A DNA stretch of 64,000 bases from an uncultured Nitrososphaerota archaeon. GTDB lineage: Archaea > Thermoproteota > EX4484-205 > JAAOZP01. The position numbers and the translations under genes were made by a program. The notes under the pieces are model-generated. The model had not been told where the DNA came from. It did no database searches and worked only from the letters and a program-made list of their open reading frames with translations. Where the stretch lies: assembly GCA_964416155.1 (NCBI GenBank), contig CAYQCW010000003.1, positions 32,001 through 96,000 on the forward strand, read 5' to 3'. Shown here piece by piece: positions 26,962 to 37,013 of the stretch. Position 1 is the stretch's first letter, and each line of letters starts with the position of its first letter.

Positions 26962-29415
26962 TCACATGAAGTCTTTAAGCTTTAGGCTCCTCCTGGGCGG
27001 CTCGATCTCTATGCCCAGCGGGTCGAGAACCTGCTCGAAAGTAGCCCTCATAACGCTCAAGTACTTCTCTAAGTCTATCTCCTCTATTCTAGCCATTTTA
27101 ACCGGCTTAACCCCTGTTTTAACCTTGACGTAAGATATTATGTCCCCGGCTCTCGCCTTGACGCCGAGCCCCCTTTCAAGCTGCTTAGCAGCCTTAACGT
27201 GTTGAGGAGTATTCTTATCATAGTTGTCCACCGGCTTACTCAGCATAACGTCGAAAGCAAGCTCCTCAAGGCTAAGCTGCCTGTTCATAAGCTTCTCAAC
27301 GTAGTCGTTCATCATGCTTTTTATGCTGGCCACAGCGGAGTTAAACTCCTCCTCGTTCCTAACCTTGCTGAGAATGCTCACCATGTCGTGGAAAGCCTGT
27401 TTCACGAATTTCGGGGTTGAGCTTTTCTTACCCACTAGGCCCTTTATGTCAACGTTACCGTCCTCAGTCACACCCAAGTAGTTCTTCTTACGCTGGCTGA
27501 AAACCCCGTAGCGGTAAACCTTGTCAATGTTAAGCTCAATACTGTACTTGTTCCTGACTAACTCGATGAGTTTCTCCACTTCCTCCGGCTTAGGGTTTCT
27601 CAGAAATATTGAGTCAGTGTCTCCGTAAACAACCTCTATTCCTAGGGCTTTAGCGGTTTCAACAAGCTCCGTGAAAATGCCTCTGCCTATCCATGTTACT
27701 GTTTCAGCTGCGCAGGGTGCGTAGAAGTGGAAGGAATCAGCCCCCATGACCCCGTAGCTAGCGTTTATAAACACTTTTATTGCTCTCTGCACAACATCGT
27801 AGAAAGACCATTTCTCCTCATCCCTTGTTTTCTTTGCAAGAGGCTGATAGTATTTGACGCGCAGCTCCCTGAGGGCGCCTATCACGGAGCTTTCAACACC
27901 CCTTCTCTTCCTGCAGATCCAATGCGGGGAATTCATCGGCGTGTTGCTTCCACACTCGTCGTGCCCACACCTAACTGTTTCATAGCTTATGTTGAAATTC
28001 ATTATTATGCTTGGATACAGCGAGGCGAAGTCGAGCACAACCAAGTTGAAATATAGACCCGGCTTCGGCTCAAGCACTATAGCACCTCTGTACTTCTTAC
28101 CCTTTATTATTGCTTCAGACACCCTTGCGCTTTTAAACTGGAGAATATCCTCCTGCCGAGGTATCAGGTAATTACTCCTTCTATGTATGCTTAGAAGCAT
28201 GCTTTTAATCCATGTTGAAACACCATGCCTAACCACATCCTCCAAGGGGAGTCTACTTATCCTCATGAAAAGGATGAGCAGCTTAAGAAGGAGATAGTTC
28301 TTGTTCGCAACCAGGTCGAAAGTTATCTCAGCATCTCTGAAACAGTATTCAGCAAGCTCCCTAGGCTTAAGCATCCCAATGTCTTCCTCTAAAGCTATCT
28401 TACCCTTGCCGACCAGCGCTTTTCCAATAGCGTCGAGCGTAGCCTCCTTGTAAACCCCGCCGTAAGCATAGTTCTGAATAGACTTGTTGAAGAAAACCCT
28501 GTAAAGATCTATGTGAACCCCGTAAACCAGATCCACATAGTCACGCCCCCTCTGCAGCGGCATTTCCCCCTCGACGGAGAGCCTGCTCGCCCTGTTGTAA
28601 AGATACAGGAGGTCAAACTTGTCCCCGTTGAAAGTAACTATTACAGGGTGCTTTCGAATCTCCTTTAAAACCTCTGAAAGCAGCCTCTTCTCGTCGGACA
28701 CGTGGATAATCTTCTTAACCCCATCGTCCTCCTCACCGTCAAAACCATCCAAGACATAAACTTTCTGAGTCCCAATGTTAGGCTTGAATGCAACGGCCGT
28801 CACAGGGTCCTCAGCCTTGTTAGCGTCAGGCACATGGTTTGGCCCCGGTGGCTTAACCTCTATATCTATGGATGATAGTTTCACGAATGGTATTGGCTGG
28901 TTGAGCGTCTCAACAAGCTCTTTAATCTCCGGGTAATTGGATACAGGCGGCTTAACAGCATCCTCCAAGACTGCTTCAACAGGCTGCTCAACCAGCCTGC
29001 CGTCAACAATAGAGTAGTAAAGCCCAGGCTTCTTCCCAGTGTCGTAAACATAGCACCAAACATAATGGATATCAGCCTCCCATGCTCTGCCAACAATCTC
29101 TCTTATGGATGTTGCTGTCCCGCCTATTGACAGAGGGTCTTTAGCAATAATCTTCCTGAAAACCTTCTCCCTGTCGTCAAGCAAATCATACTTCTTAACC
29201 TCTTCAATCCTGTCGAAGCCAGGGTGGCCCACCAGCTGCGGATTGCTCATCAACTCCTCCATGCTCAGATCAGTCAACAAGTAGGGCTGGTGGTTTTCAC
29301 CCGAGTGGAAAAGTACGATCTCCTGGGTTTCAGGATCATAGAGCTTCAAAACTATCCTCCTGCCTTCTCCGTCGTAAGAGGCGGAAACCAGCATAAGGTT
29401 TCTTCTCACACTCAT
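26962..29415 (-). CDS. polB1: Family B DNA polymerase, PolB1 type
   Basis: DIEV, TFNGDKFDL, DFASLYPSII, KVFINASYGVMG, YGDTDS, KKNY; no intein; ATG at 29415 preferred. Confidence 0.95.
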   Translation of the reverse strand: MSVRRNLMLVSASYDGEGRRIVLKLYDPETQEIVLFHSGENHQPYLLTDLSMEELMSNPQLVGHPGFDRIEEVKKYDLLDDREKVFRKIIAKDPLSIGGTATSIREIVGRAWEADIHYVWCYVYDTGKKPGLYYSIVDGRLVEQPVEAVLEDAVKPPVSNYPEIKELVETLNQPIPFVKLSSIDIEVKPPGPNHVPDANKAEDPVTAVAFKPNIGTQKVYVLDGFDGEEDDGVKKIIHVSDEKRLLSEVLKEIRKHPVIVTFNGDKFDLLYLYNRASRLSVEGEMPLQRGRDYVDLVYGVHIDLYRVFFNKSIQNYAYGGVYKEATLDAIGKALVGKGKIALEEDIGMLKPRELAEYCFRDAEITFDLVANKNYLLLKLLILFMRISRLPLEDVVRHGVSTWIKSMLLSIHRRSNYLIPRQEDILQFKSARVSEAIIKGKKYRGAIVLEPKPGLYFNLVVLDFASLYPSIIMNFNISYETVRCGHDECGSNTPMNSPHWICRKRRGVESSVIGALRELRVKYYQPLAKKTRDEEKWSFYDVVQRAIKVFINASYGVMGADSFHFYAPCAAETVTWIGRGIFTELVETAKALGIEVVYGDTDSIFLRNPKPEEVEKLIELVRNKYSIELNIDKVYRYGVFSQRKKNYLGVTEDGNVDIKGLVGKKSSTPKFVKQAFHDMVSILSKVRNEEEFNSAVASIKSMMNDYVEKLMNRQLSLEELAFDVMLSKPVDNYDKNTPQHVKAAKQLERGLGVKARAGDIISYVKVKTGVKPVKMARIEEIDLEKYLSVMRATFEQVLDPLGIEIEPPRRSLKLKDFM

Positions 29416-29499
29416 ACCGCGTTCCTTCACTCAATAAATGTCTTCCGCAACACTATATAGGTTTATTTCCTGCCTGGAAGCATTAGCATTAAGAGGCTA

Positions 29500-29814
29500 A
29501 TGCCGGTTAAAGAGTACAGGGTTAGGTATCTGGTGGTTAAAACTGGAAACGTCCCCGCTGAAGACCGTAGGAGGCTTGTTGAACTCTTGAGGAACGAGTG
29601 TGAAAAACACCAGCCGGGCTTCCGTTTCAAAGTAGTCCGTGAAACAGGCGGGATTCTCGTCGTCAAGTGTCCACATAAAGTGGTACCTTCGGTCAGAAGC
29701 CTCTTAAACAGGCTTGCCGCAGACCAGCCCTCTTACAGCGTCCAGTTGATCGGTGTATCAGGCACCTTGAAGAAGGCTATCTGCAAGTTCTGCCGCGACA
29801 CGGATGTAGATTAG
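29500..29814 (+). CDS. rnp2: RNase P protein component Pop5/Rpp14
   Basis: RVRYLVV..GILVVKC.H..GVSGTLKKA; upstream of psmA. Confidence 0.8.
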   Translation: MPVKEYRVRYLVVKTGNVPAEDRRRLVELLRNECEKHQPGFRFKVVRETGGILVVKCPHKVVPSVRSLLNRLAADQPSYSVQLIGVSGTLKKAICKFCRDTDVD

Positions 29815-29860
29815 GGCAAAGATTATAAAGGGATGGCCAACCCTTATCCCCGAGGAAGTA

Positions 29861-30565
29861 ATGATACCCGGCTACGAAAGACTATACGGATTCTCACCCG
29901 ACGGAAGAATCCTTCAAGTAGATTATGCTATGGTAATGGTTAATAATAGTCCGACTGCGTGGGGGATTCAGGTTGAGAAGGGTATTGCGCTGGCTGGTTT
30001 GGAGAAGAAGATTGATATGCTTCAGGATAGGACTTTCAGCCAGAAGCTGTTTCAGATTGACGAGCATATCGCTACGGTTGTGGCTGGTTTTAACTCTGAT
30101 GCGAGACTTCTGGTGGAGTATGCTAGGAACGAGGCGCAGATTAACAGGCTTCTGTATGATGAGCCGATTGACGTGGAGTTTCTAGTCAGGAGGCTGAGCA
30201 ATACTGTTCAGTCGTATACGCAGCATGCTGGAATGAGGCCTTTCGGCATCTCTATGCTTATTGGCGGTGTTGACATGGTTGGTGCCAGCCTGTATCAGCT
30301 TGACCCGACTGGGATATACTTTAAGTATTTCGCATCGGCTATCGGTGTGGGTAGAGAGGACATATTGAAATATTTCAGGGATAACTATTCTATCAGCGCG
30401 AGCCTTGACGAGGCGATAACGCTGGGCATACGGGGAAGCGTGGAGGTTTTGAAGGACGAGGTTGCTCCCGACAGGCTTAGAATCGGCGTAATCAGTACGG
30501 ATGATAAGAAGTTCAGGGTTTTAAGCTTCGAAGAGACTAAGAAATATTACGAGAGGGCGAAGTAA
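29861..30565 (+). CDS. psmA: Proteasome alpha subunit
   Basis: FSPDGRILQVDYA, KLFQIDEH, YTQHAGMRPFGIS, DPTG. Confidence 0.95.
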   Translation: MIPGYERLYGFSPDGRILQVDYAMVMVNNSPTAWGIQVEKGIALAGLEKKIDMLQDRTFSQKLFQIDEHIATVVAGFNSDARLLVEYARNEAQINRLLYDEPIDVEFLVRRLSNTVQSYTQHAGMRPFGISMLIGGVDMVGASLYQLDPTGIYFKYFASAIGVGREDILKYFRDNYSISASLDEAITLGIRGSVEVLKDEVAPDRLRIGVISTDDKKFRVLSFEETKKYYERAK

Positions 30566-30571
30566 GCAGAG

Positions 30572-31261
30572 TTGAGCAGGCCTTCAACAATAAGCCGGCT
30601 TACTCTTCACGGTGAGAAGTTTGAGATAATTGTTGCACCAGATCCTGCGCTCAGCTTCAAGCTGACGGGGAAGGGGGATGTGAGGAAGATTCTCCTGGTG
30701 GATGAGGTGTACTCTGACTCTAAAAAAGGGCTTCGCGTACCGTCTGAGAAGCTTAAAAAGTTCTTTGGAACAATAGACGTGTACACGATTGCTGAGAGAA
30801 TACTTCGAGAGGGGGAATTGCAGCTCACCGGCGAGCAGAGACGTAGGATGATTGAGAGCAAGAGGCAGCAGATAGTGGTGATGCTTTCCAAGCTCCTGCT
30901 TGAGCCTTCGATGGGCAACCCTATTCCCTCCCTCAGGATTGAACAGTCCCTTAGCCAGTCCAGTGTCTCAATAGATCCTTTCAAGCCTCCTGAGGAACAA
31001 GTTAAGAACGTGGTTAAGGCTTTAAGACAGGTTCTCCAGTTTAAGGTTAACGAGGTTGTTTTAACGCTTACATGTCCCCAGACACTGTCTAACGATGTCT
31101 ACGGGTTTGCGAACTCGATGGGAGAGGTTGACCAGACTAGGGTTCAGAAGGATAAGAGTGTTAAAATAGTCGTCAGAATGCCCTCTGTAACCATGTCCTA
31201 TTTCCTAGAGGGCTTGGGCAAGAAGTATGGCGACCAGGTAAAAGTTGATATAGGGGTTTAA
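30572..31261 (+). CDS. sdo1: Ribosome maturation factor SBDS/Sdo1
   Basis: GEKFEIIV.PD, GELQLT.EQRR, IDPFKP. Confidence 0.93.
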   Translation: MSRPSTISRLTLHGEKFEIIVAPDPALSFKLTGKGDVRKILLVDEVYSDSKKGLRVPSEKLKKFFGTIDVYTIAERILREGELQLTGEQRRRMIESKRQQIVVMLSKLLLEPSMGNPIPSLRIEQSLSQSSVSIDPFKPPEEQVKNVVKALRQVLQFKVNEVVLTLTCPQTLSNDVYGFANSMGEVDQTRVQKDKSVKIVVRMPSVTMSYFLEGLGKKYGDQVKVDIGV

Positions 31262-31294
31262 GCACCACCCTAGCAATAGGAAGGAGGCTAAGGT

Positions 31295-31993
31295 TTGTTG
31301 CGAAGCAACGAGCAGCAGAGACAAAGGCCCATAGTCGTTCCAGGGGAGTATGTTGGAGACAGTAGGTTCAATATACCAGGTTTAAACGTTTACAGGCTGT
31401 CGGACAGAATGCTTGCAACCACAGTTGGACTTGTTAGAACCGACGGGAAGCGTGTCGACGTTGTAGCTTTAAAATCTTTCTACCAGCCTAAAGTTGGCGA
31501 CCTGGTTGTGGGGATTGTTAAAGAACCGGGTACAGCAGGCTGGACAGTTGACATAAACTCTCCCTTCCTAGCCTTCCTACCCTTGTCGGAATACCCCGAG
31601 AAAAGGATCCGCTTGTCGAGGGACAGTATTGGCAGGATTCTGGAGGCGGGAACGGTTCTCGTCGGGCTTATTAAAGACGCTTCGATCTTCTCATCACCCG
31701 TTTTAACGCTGAAGGGTAAGGGGCTTGGAGTTGTTTCAAACGGGTTCCTGCTTAGCATAACCGCGTCGAAAGTACCGCGTCTTATAGGGAAGAAAGGCTC
31801 AATGCTTTCCACCATAGAGAAGGGGGCTAACGTTAAGCTTACAGTCGGCCAGAACGGGCGTTTAATAGTTCATTCAGAAGACTTAGACAGAGTTATGAAG
31901 GTTAAGGGGGTTATCGGAATGATAGAGAAGGAGTCGCATGTCTATGGTTTAACTGAAAGAGTAGAAGCACTGCTCGCGGGAAGGAGGCCGTAG
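31295..31993 (+). CDS. rrp4: Exosome cap subunit Rrp4
   Basis: IVVPGE, YQPKVGDLVVG, KVPRLIGKKGSM, VGQNG. Confidence 0.95.
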   Translation: MLRSNEQQRQRPIVVPGEYVGDSRFNIPGLNVYRLSDRMLATTVGLVRTDGKRVDVVALKSFYQPKVGDLVVGIVKEPGTAGWTVDINSPFLAFLPLSEYPEKRIRLSRDSIGRILEAGTVLVGLIKDASIFSSPVLTLKGKGLGVVSNGFLLSITASKVPRLIGKKGSMLSTIEKGANVKLTVGQNGRLIVHSEDLDRVMKVKGVIGMIEKESHVYGLTERVEALLAGRRP

Positions 31994-31998
31994 TATAA

Positions 31999-32727
31999 AT
32001 GGGAGAAAAAATTGTCCTGTTTAGCGAAGACGGGAAGAGGTCTGACGGCAGGGGTCTAGACGAGCTTAGGCCTATCAGGATTAAAGTAGGAGTGCTGTCT
32101 AACGCTCAGGGCTCAGCCTACATTGAACAGGGCAAGAACAAGATTCTCGCAGCAGTCTACGGTCCTAAGGAAGCGTTGCCTAAACACATCTCGCTCCCCG
32201 ACAGATGCGTCTTGAGATGCCGCTATCATATGGCGCCTTTCTCAACAACGGAGAGAAAAAGCCCTGCTCCAAGCAGGAGAGAAATAGAGCTCTCAATGGT
32301 TCTTCGAAACGCTCTTGAACCGCTTGTAATGACTTCACTCTTCCCCAGGACGGTTATAGATATTTTCATAGAGGTCCTGCAGGCTGACGGTGGCACTCGC
32401 TGCGCAGGCCTGACTGCAGCGGTATTAGCGCTGGCGGACGCGGGAATCCCGTTGAGGGGCTTGGCTGCAGCATGCGCCGTCGGTAAGGCTGATGGGAAGG
32501 TGATCGTGGATCTTAACGATCTTGAGGACAAGTATGGGGAGGCAGACATGCCTGTGGCTTACAACCCGACTTTAGACGGGATAACCCTTTTACAAATGGA
32601 TGGGATTATGTCTAAAGAAGAGGTTGAGCAAGCATTGTCTCTAGCTATAACGGCTACGCAGAAAATGCACAAGATGCAGATGGATGCTCTTAGAGAAAGG
32701 TTTTCCGTTCAGAGGAGTGAGGTTTAA
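31999..32727 (+). CDS. rrp41: Exosome subunit Rrp41
   Basis: RSDGR..ELRP, YHMAPFSTTERK, QADGGTRCAG, EDKYGEADMP. Confidence 0.97.
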   Translation: MGEKIVLFSEDGKRSDGRGLDELRPIRIKVGVLSNAQGSAYIEQGKNKILAAVYGPKEALPKHISLPDRCVLRCRYHMAPFSTTERKSPAPSRREIELSMVLRNALEPLVMTSLFPRTVIDIFIEVLQADGGTRCAGLTAAVLALADAGIPLRGLAAACAVGKADGKVIVDLNDLEDKYGEADMPVAYNPTLDGITLLQMDGIMSKEEVEQALSLAITATQKMHKMQMDALRERFSVQRSEV

Positions 32728-33555
32728 ATGTCTATAACTGAGCAGCGGCCGATCATCTCTAAGCTTGAGCAGCAGGAGCTGCGGCGCCTCCTTGCTGAGA
32801 ACAAGAGGATTGACGGCAGAAGCCCTCTTCAATACAGGAATATCAGCGTCCAGCTGGGGTATGTGGAGAAGGCTGAGGGCTCAGCCCTAGTCGAGCTCGG
32901 CAACACTAAGGTTCTGGCCGCTGTCAAAGTCGGGATCGCAGTGCCTTTTGCAGACACGCCTAACGAGGGTATTCTTATAGTGAACGCGGAGCTGGTTCCC
33001 TTGGCCTCGCCGACTTTCGAACCCGGCCCGCCCTCCGAGGAGTCAATATTCCTCTCGAGATACGTTGACAGAAGCATTAGAGAGTCTAAATCAATAGACC
33101 TCTCCTCGCTCTGCATAGTTCCCGGAAGATCCGTCTACTCGCTCTACGTAGACCTCTACATTCTCGACTACGATGGCAACCTTATTGACGCTTCAGTAAT
33201 AGCAAGCGTAAACGCTCTAGGCATCACTAACACGCCTAAATACGTTGTAGAAGGGCAGGCTATTAAGAAGACCGGTGAATACTTTAAACTTGAGCTTAAG
33301 GATCACCCTGTCTCATTGACCTACGCTTTCCTAGAGGATAAGCATGTGGTTGACCCTTGCCTCAGCGAGGAGTATGCGTCAGACTTCACCGTCTCAATGA
33401 CTGTTAAATCCGACGACAGGTTTTGTGCAATCCAGAAGAACGGTGGGGGAATGATTTCTCCGAGGAGAGTCATAGAGCTGCTCGACAGATCTGTGGAGCT
33501 GGGGAAAGAGTTAAGAACAGTTGCCTACGGGAAGCTTACCAGCGGAAATGGCTAG
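32728..33555 (+). CDS. rrp42: Exosome subunit Rrp42
   Basis: RIDGR, AEGSALVELGNTKV, FEPGPP, DYDGNLIDA. Confidence 0.96.
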   Translation: MSITEQRPIISKLEQQELRRLLAENKRIDGRSPLQYRNISVQLGYVEKAEGSALVELGNTKVLAAVKVGIAVPFADTPNEGILIVNAELVPLASPTFEPGPPSEESIFLSRYVDRSIRESKSIDLSSLCIVPGRSVYSLYVDLYILDYDGNLIDASVIASVNALGITNTPKYVVEGQAIKKTGEYFKLELKDHPVSLTYAFLEDKHVVDPCLSEEYASDFTVSMTVKSDDRFCAIQKNGGGMISPRRVIELLDRSVELGKELRTVAYGKLTSGNG

Positions 33556-33811
33556 GAAGAAAGAGTCTGGGACACTGGGCGTTAAATACGGTTTCTCACT
33601 TAGAGAGAGGTATATTAAGGTTCTTAAGAGGAGGAGAGCGAGATACGATTGCCCAAAGTGCGGTACAGGCGTTCTCAAAAGGCTCAGCATAGGTGTTTGG
33701 AGCTGCAGGAAGTGCGGCTACACTTTCGCCGGAGGCGCGTATGAGCCTGTTACGAAAACCGGTGAAACCGCGGCGAGAATCGTTAGCAGCGCGTCCAAGC
33801 CTAAGCTTTAA
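33548..33811 (+). CDS. rpl37ae: 50S ribosomal protein L37Ae (eL43)
   Basis: KYG..LR, CPKCG..GVWSCRKCGYTFAGGAY; ATG at 33548. Confidence 0.96.
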   Translation: MARKKESGTLGVKYGFSLRERYIKVLKRRRARYDCPKCGTGVLKRLSIGVWSCRKCGYTFAGGAYEPVTKTGETAARIVSSASKPKL

Positions 33812-33819
33812 CGATGTAA

Positions 33820-34098
33820 ATGATAAGGGTTAAGATTATTCTAAACTATGGGGAACAACAAGAGGCGGAATACCTCTATTTAGCCTGTCTCAAAGAAGCA
33901 GTTTCAGAGCCTAGGTCTGGAGTGAGGGCTAGGGTGGATGGAAACAGGCTTTTGCTTTTCTTCGAAAGCAGCAGCCCGTCTAAAATCGCTGAGAGAATAA
34001 GAAGCGTTTTAAGCCTGCTTAACATGGCTCAGCAAGTTTACAGCATGCTGGGACCCCGGTGTCGGCGAGACCCCTCCTCTCAAGAAATATGTTTTTAA
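33820..34098 (+). CDS. pcc1: KEOPS complex subunit Pcc1-like protein
   Basis: Size, EPRSGV..RIRSVL pattern and conserved position before prefoldin beta. Confidence 0.6.
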   Translation: MIRVKIILNYGEQQEAEYLYLACLKEAVSEPRSGVRARVDGNRLLLFFESSSPSKIAERIRSVLSLLNMAQQVYSMLGPRCRRDPSSQEICF

Positions 34099-34126
34099 GC
34101 ATGCGTCTAAAAGGTAAGACCTGATA

Positions 34127-34492
34127 ATGTCCCAAGAGCTGCCTCTTCAACTGCAGGAGAAACTGTCACGGCTTCAGCAGCTTCAACAGACGCTGGAATC
34201 ACTCTACATTCAGAAGGAGCAGGCTAAGCTGGAGGCAAGAGAGCTAGAGTCAGCCCTGGAAGCGCTTTCCTCGGTTGACGATAATACGCCGGTGTATCGG
34301 ATAACTGGGAGAATACTAGTCAGGAAGAATAGGGCTGAGTTGATAAACGAGTTGAACGAGCAAAAGGAGCTTGTTAAAGTAAGGATAGGCGCGATCGAGA
34401 GGCAGGAAAGCAAGATTAGGGAGAGGGCTGTTGAGCTTGAAAACGAGTTGAAGAATGCTCTGGCAGCTGGCAGGGGAGCTCCCCCTGCTTAA
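34127..34492 (+). CDS. pfdB: Prefoldin beta subunit
   Basis: Coiled coil with VYRITGRILV hairpin. Confidence 0.93.
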   Translation: MSQELPLQLQEKLSRLQQLQQTLESLYIQKEQAKLEARELESALEALSSVDDNTPVYRITGRILVRKNRAELINELNEQKELVKVRIGAIERQESKIRERAVELENELKNALAAGRGAPPA

Positions 34493-34577
34493 ATCACTGT
34501 CTGTTAGAATGTTTCCACTGCTCAGCCACCGGCTTAGGTTTTTATAACCCTTCCAGTAATCTCTGGCAAAACTAGAA

Positions 34578-35441
34578 ATGGCAGCAGTGGAACTGAGAAA
34601 ACTGTGTTTCCGATATGCAGGCTCTGAGAAACAGGCTTTGACCAATATTGACCTTACTATCGAGGAGGGGGAGAGTGTACTTATAACGGGCCCCTCAGGC
34701 TGTGGAAAATCCACCTTAGTAAGGGTCTTGATGGGTCTGATTCCGCACAGTTACCCGGGTGAGCTTGAGGGCGAGGCCTACGTGTTTGGAATGAATGTGA
34801 AAAACACGCCCGTAAGCAGGATAGCCACGCGCTGCGGGATAGTTTTCCAGAATCCTGACAACCAGCTTTTCACTTTCAGCGTTGAGGATGATGTTGCATT
34901 CGGACCTGAGAACCTTGCTCTCCCGCCTGACGAGATTGGAAGGAGGGTCGACGAGGCTCTGAGGCTTGTCGGAATAGAGCGTTTGAGACACTTGTCTCCC
35001 AACAACCTTTCAGGTGGAGAGCAACAGAAGGCTGCAATCGCCTCAATACTGTCTATGAGGCCTTCCCTACTGATATTTGACGAGCCGACCTCAATGCTTG
35101 ATCCTTCCTCTTCAGCAAGCCTGATCCAGAGGATCTTCGAGCTTAAACGAAGCCTCGATGAAACCGGTAGAAAGATCACGGTGATAATCGTGGAGCATAG
35201 GATAGACCTGTTGCTCAAGCATCTCTCGAGAATGCTCGTGGTTTCTGAAGGCAGGGTGATTCTAGATGGGGATCCCCTGAGTGTTCTTGAAGACAGTTTT
35301 AGGAAAGGAGTTCCAATAAACATTCCTCCTCTTCTTCAAATATACTTTCGGATTAAAGATAAATGCGGGTTGAAAAACCCACCTGCCACTGTTAAAGAAC
35401 TGGTCTCCATGCTGGGGGGCGGTGCATCAAACAATGGTTAA
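34578..35441 (+). CDS. ECF transporter ATPase A1
   Basis: GPSGCGKST, FQNPDNQL, LSGGEQQK, DEPT. Confidence 0.92.
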   Translation: MAAVELRKLCFRYAGSEKQALTNIDLTIEEGESVLITGPSGCGKSTLVRVLMGLIPHSYPGELEGEAYVFGMNVKNTPVSRIATRCGIVFQNPDNQLFTFSVEDDVAFGPENLALPPDEIGRRVDEALRLVGIERLRHLSPNNLSGGEQQKAAIASILSMRPSLLIFDEPTSMLDPSSSASLIQRIFELKRSLDETGRKITVIIVEHRIDLLLKHLSRMLVVSEGRVILDGDPLSVLEDSFRKGVPINIPPLLQIYFRIKDKCGLKNPPATVKELVSMLGGGASNNG

Positions 35442-36255
35442 AATAGTTGTGGAGAACCTTTACTTCCGCTATCCTGAAGCCTCAGACTACGCGTTGCGAA
35501 ACATCAGCTTCAGAATCGGAGAAGGGGAGAGCGTTGCGATTCTCGGCGAGAACGGCGCCGGAAAGACTACGCTCGCGAAAAACCTGAACGGTCTTCTTAA
35601 ACCAACCGAGGGAAGCGTTAAGATAGACGATGTAGACATTAGGAGCCTGTCCGTCGCGAGAATCGCTAGGAAAATCGGCTTCGTCAACCATAATCCTGAA
35701 CATCAGTTTTTCGCCGAGAAGGTTGAGGACGAAGTTAGGTTCGGACTCAGGAACTTTGGATTTTCAGAAGAGGCTGCGGATAAGACTATTCAAGAAGCCC
35801 TCAGTGTTTTCGGGCTGGAAGAGTATCGTGGTAAAAACCCGTTTCAACTCAGCGGCGGCGAGAAGAAAAGGCTTGCAATCGCCTCAATAATGGCTTGGCG
35901 TCCCGAGGCGCTGATTGTTGACGAGCCGACCATAGGCATGGATTATGCTCAGAAGTGGAATATTCGCAGAGTTTTGAGAAGCATCGTCTCGGAAGGAAGG
36001 TGCGTAATAGTTATAACGCACGACGTGGATTTCGCGGTAAGCATATGTGAAAGAGCCATAATCCTAAGCAGAGGGGAGGTAATCGGCGACGGGAGACTCA
36101 GGGATCTTCTTTCGGACGATAGGCTGGTTGAGAAGGCTTCTCTACGTAAACCCTTCATCATAGAGCTGGAGGAGGAGACTGGCCTCACCGGCTTAGAGGA
36201 TTTCGACACCATCAGCAGCATCCTTATGAAGGTTTTCCAGAAATGTCGTTCCTAA
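35434..36255 (+). CDS. ECF transporter ATPase A2
   Basis: GENGAGKTT, LSGGEKKR, DEPT; ATG at 35434. Confidence 0.92.
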   Translation: MVKIVVENLYFRYPEASDYALRNISFRIGEGESVAILGENGAGKTTLAKNLNGLLKPTEGSVKIDDVDIRSLSVARIARKIGFVNHNPEHQFFAEKVEDEVRFGLRNFGFSEEAADKTIQEALSVFGLEEYRGKNPFQLSGGEKKRLAIASIMAWRPEALIVDEPTIGMDYAQKWNIRRVLRSIVSEGRCVIVITHDVDFAVSICERAIILSRGEVIGDGRLRDLLSDDRLVEKASLRKPFIIELEEETGLTGLEDFDTISSILMKVFQKCRS

Positions 36256-36977
36256 GAGCCTTCAAGTATAGGAGGAAAGACACCGCAGTGCACAGGCTTG
36301 ACCCTAGATCCAAGTTTCTGCTTTCAATAGTACTAATGGCGATTTCAATAGTGTTCACGGATATTCGTGTTCTACTCGCTCTTGTCTCCGGGCAGTTAAT
36401 CCTGCTTTCCCTCGCGGAGTCCCTCAGAGAATGGCTCTCATCGTTAAGGGGCCTCCTATTCTTTTTCGCAGTAATATTCGTCACACAGCTATTGTTAGGA
36501 GGAACCTTTTACACGGGCGTCATACTCTCCCTCAGACTCCTAGCGCTCTCCTCATCAATGTCATGGTTCTTCCTTTCCTCAACCCCAGAGGACATTGGAC
36601 GGGCCATGAGTGTTGCAGGCCTTCCGATAGAGCTGACGTTCTCCTTCACAATGGCCATCCGGTTCATACCTGTGATCTACGACGAGTTTCAATCAATATA
36701 CGATACCCAGCGTTCAAGAGGGCTTGAACTCGAGAAAGGCGGTTTCAGAAACAGGATTAGGAACCTTATGCCGGTTTTAATCCCACTTCTAGTTGGGACG
36801 ATAAGAAGAACGTATGAAATAGCTGACGCCATGGAGGTTAGAGCATTCGGGGCTTCTCCGAAAAGAACCACGTATAGGCCGCTGAGACTAAAGAGTGGAG
36901 ACTACCTCGTATGCGTGGCTTCCATAATACTGGTTATTTTAGCTTTAACTTTGAAGCTAGTTTATAGAATCGAGTGA
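36243..36977 (+). CDS. ECF transporter transmembrane T component
   Basis: HRLDPRSK, RFIP, QRSRG, AMEVRAF. Confidence 0.92.
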   Translation: MSFLRAFKYRRKDTAVHRLDPRSKFLLSIVLMAISIVFTDIRVLLALVSGQLILLSLAESLREWLSSLRGLLFFFAVIFVTQLLLGGTFYTGVILSLRLLALSSSMSWFFLSSTPEDIGRAMSVAGLPIELTFSFTMAIRFIPVIYDEFQSIYDTQRSRGLELEKGGFRNRIRNLMPVLIPLLVGTIRRTYEIADAMEVRAFGASPKRTTYRPLRLKSGDYLVCVASIILVILALTLKLVYRIE

Positions 36978-37013
36978 TTATTTTAGTCGGAGACGCGCGA
37001 CACGCGCCTATGT

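Noticed and set aside
26962-29415. Inteins or inactivation in PolB, or inteins in RNAP subunits and Top6B
   Set aside because: Lengths are normal and catalytic motifs are contiguous
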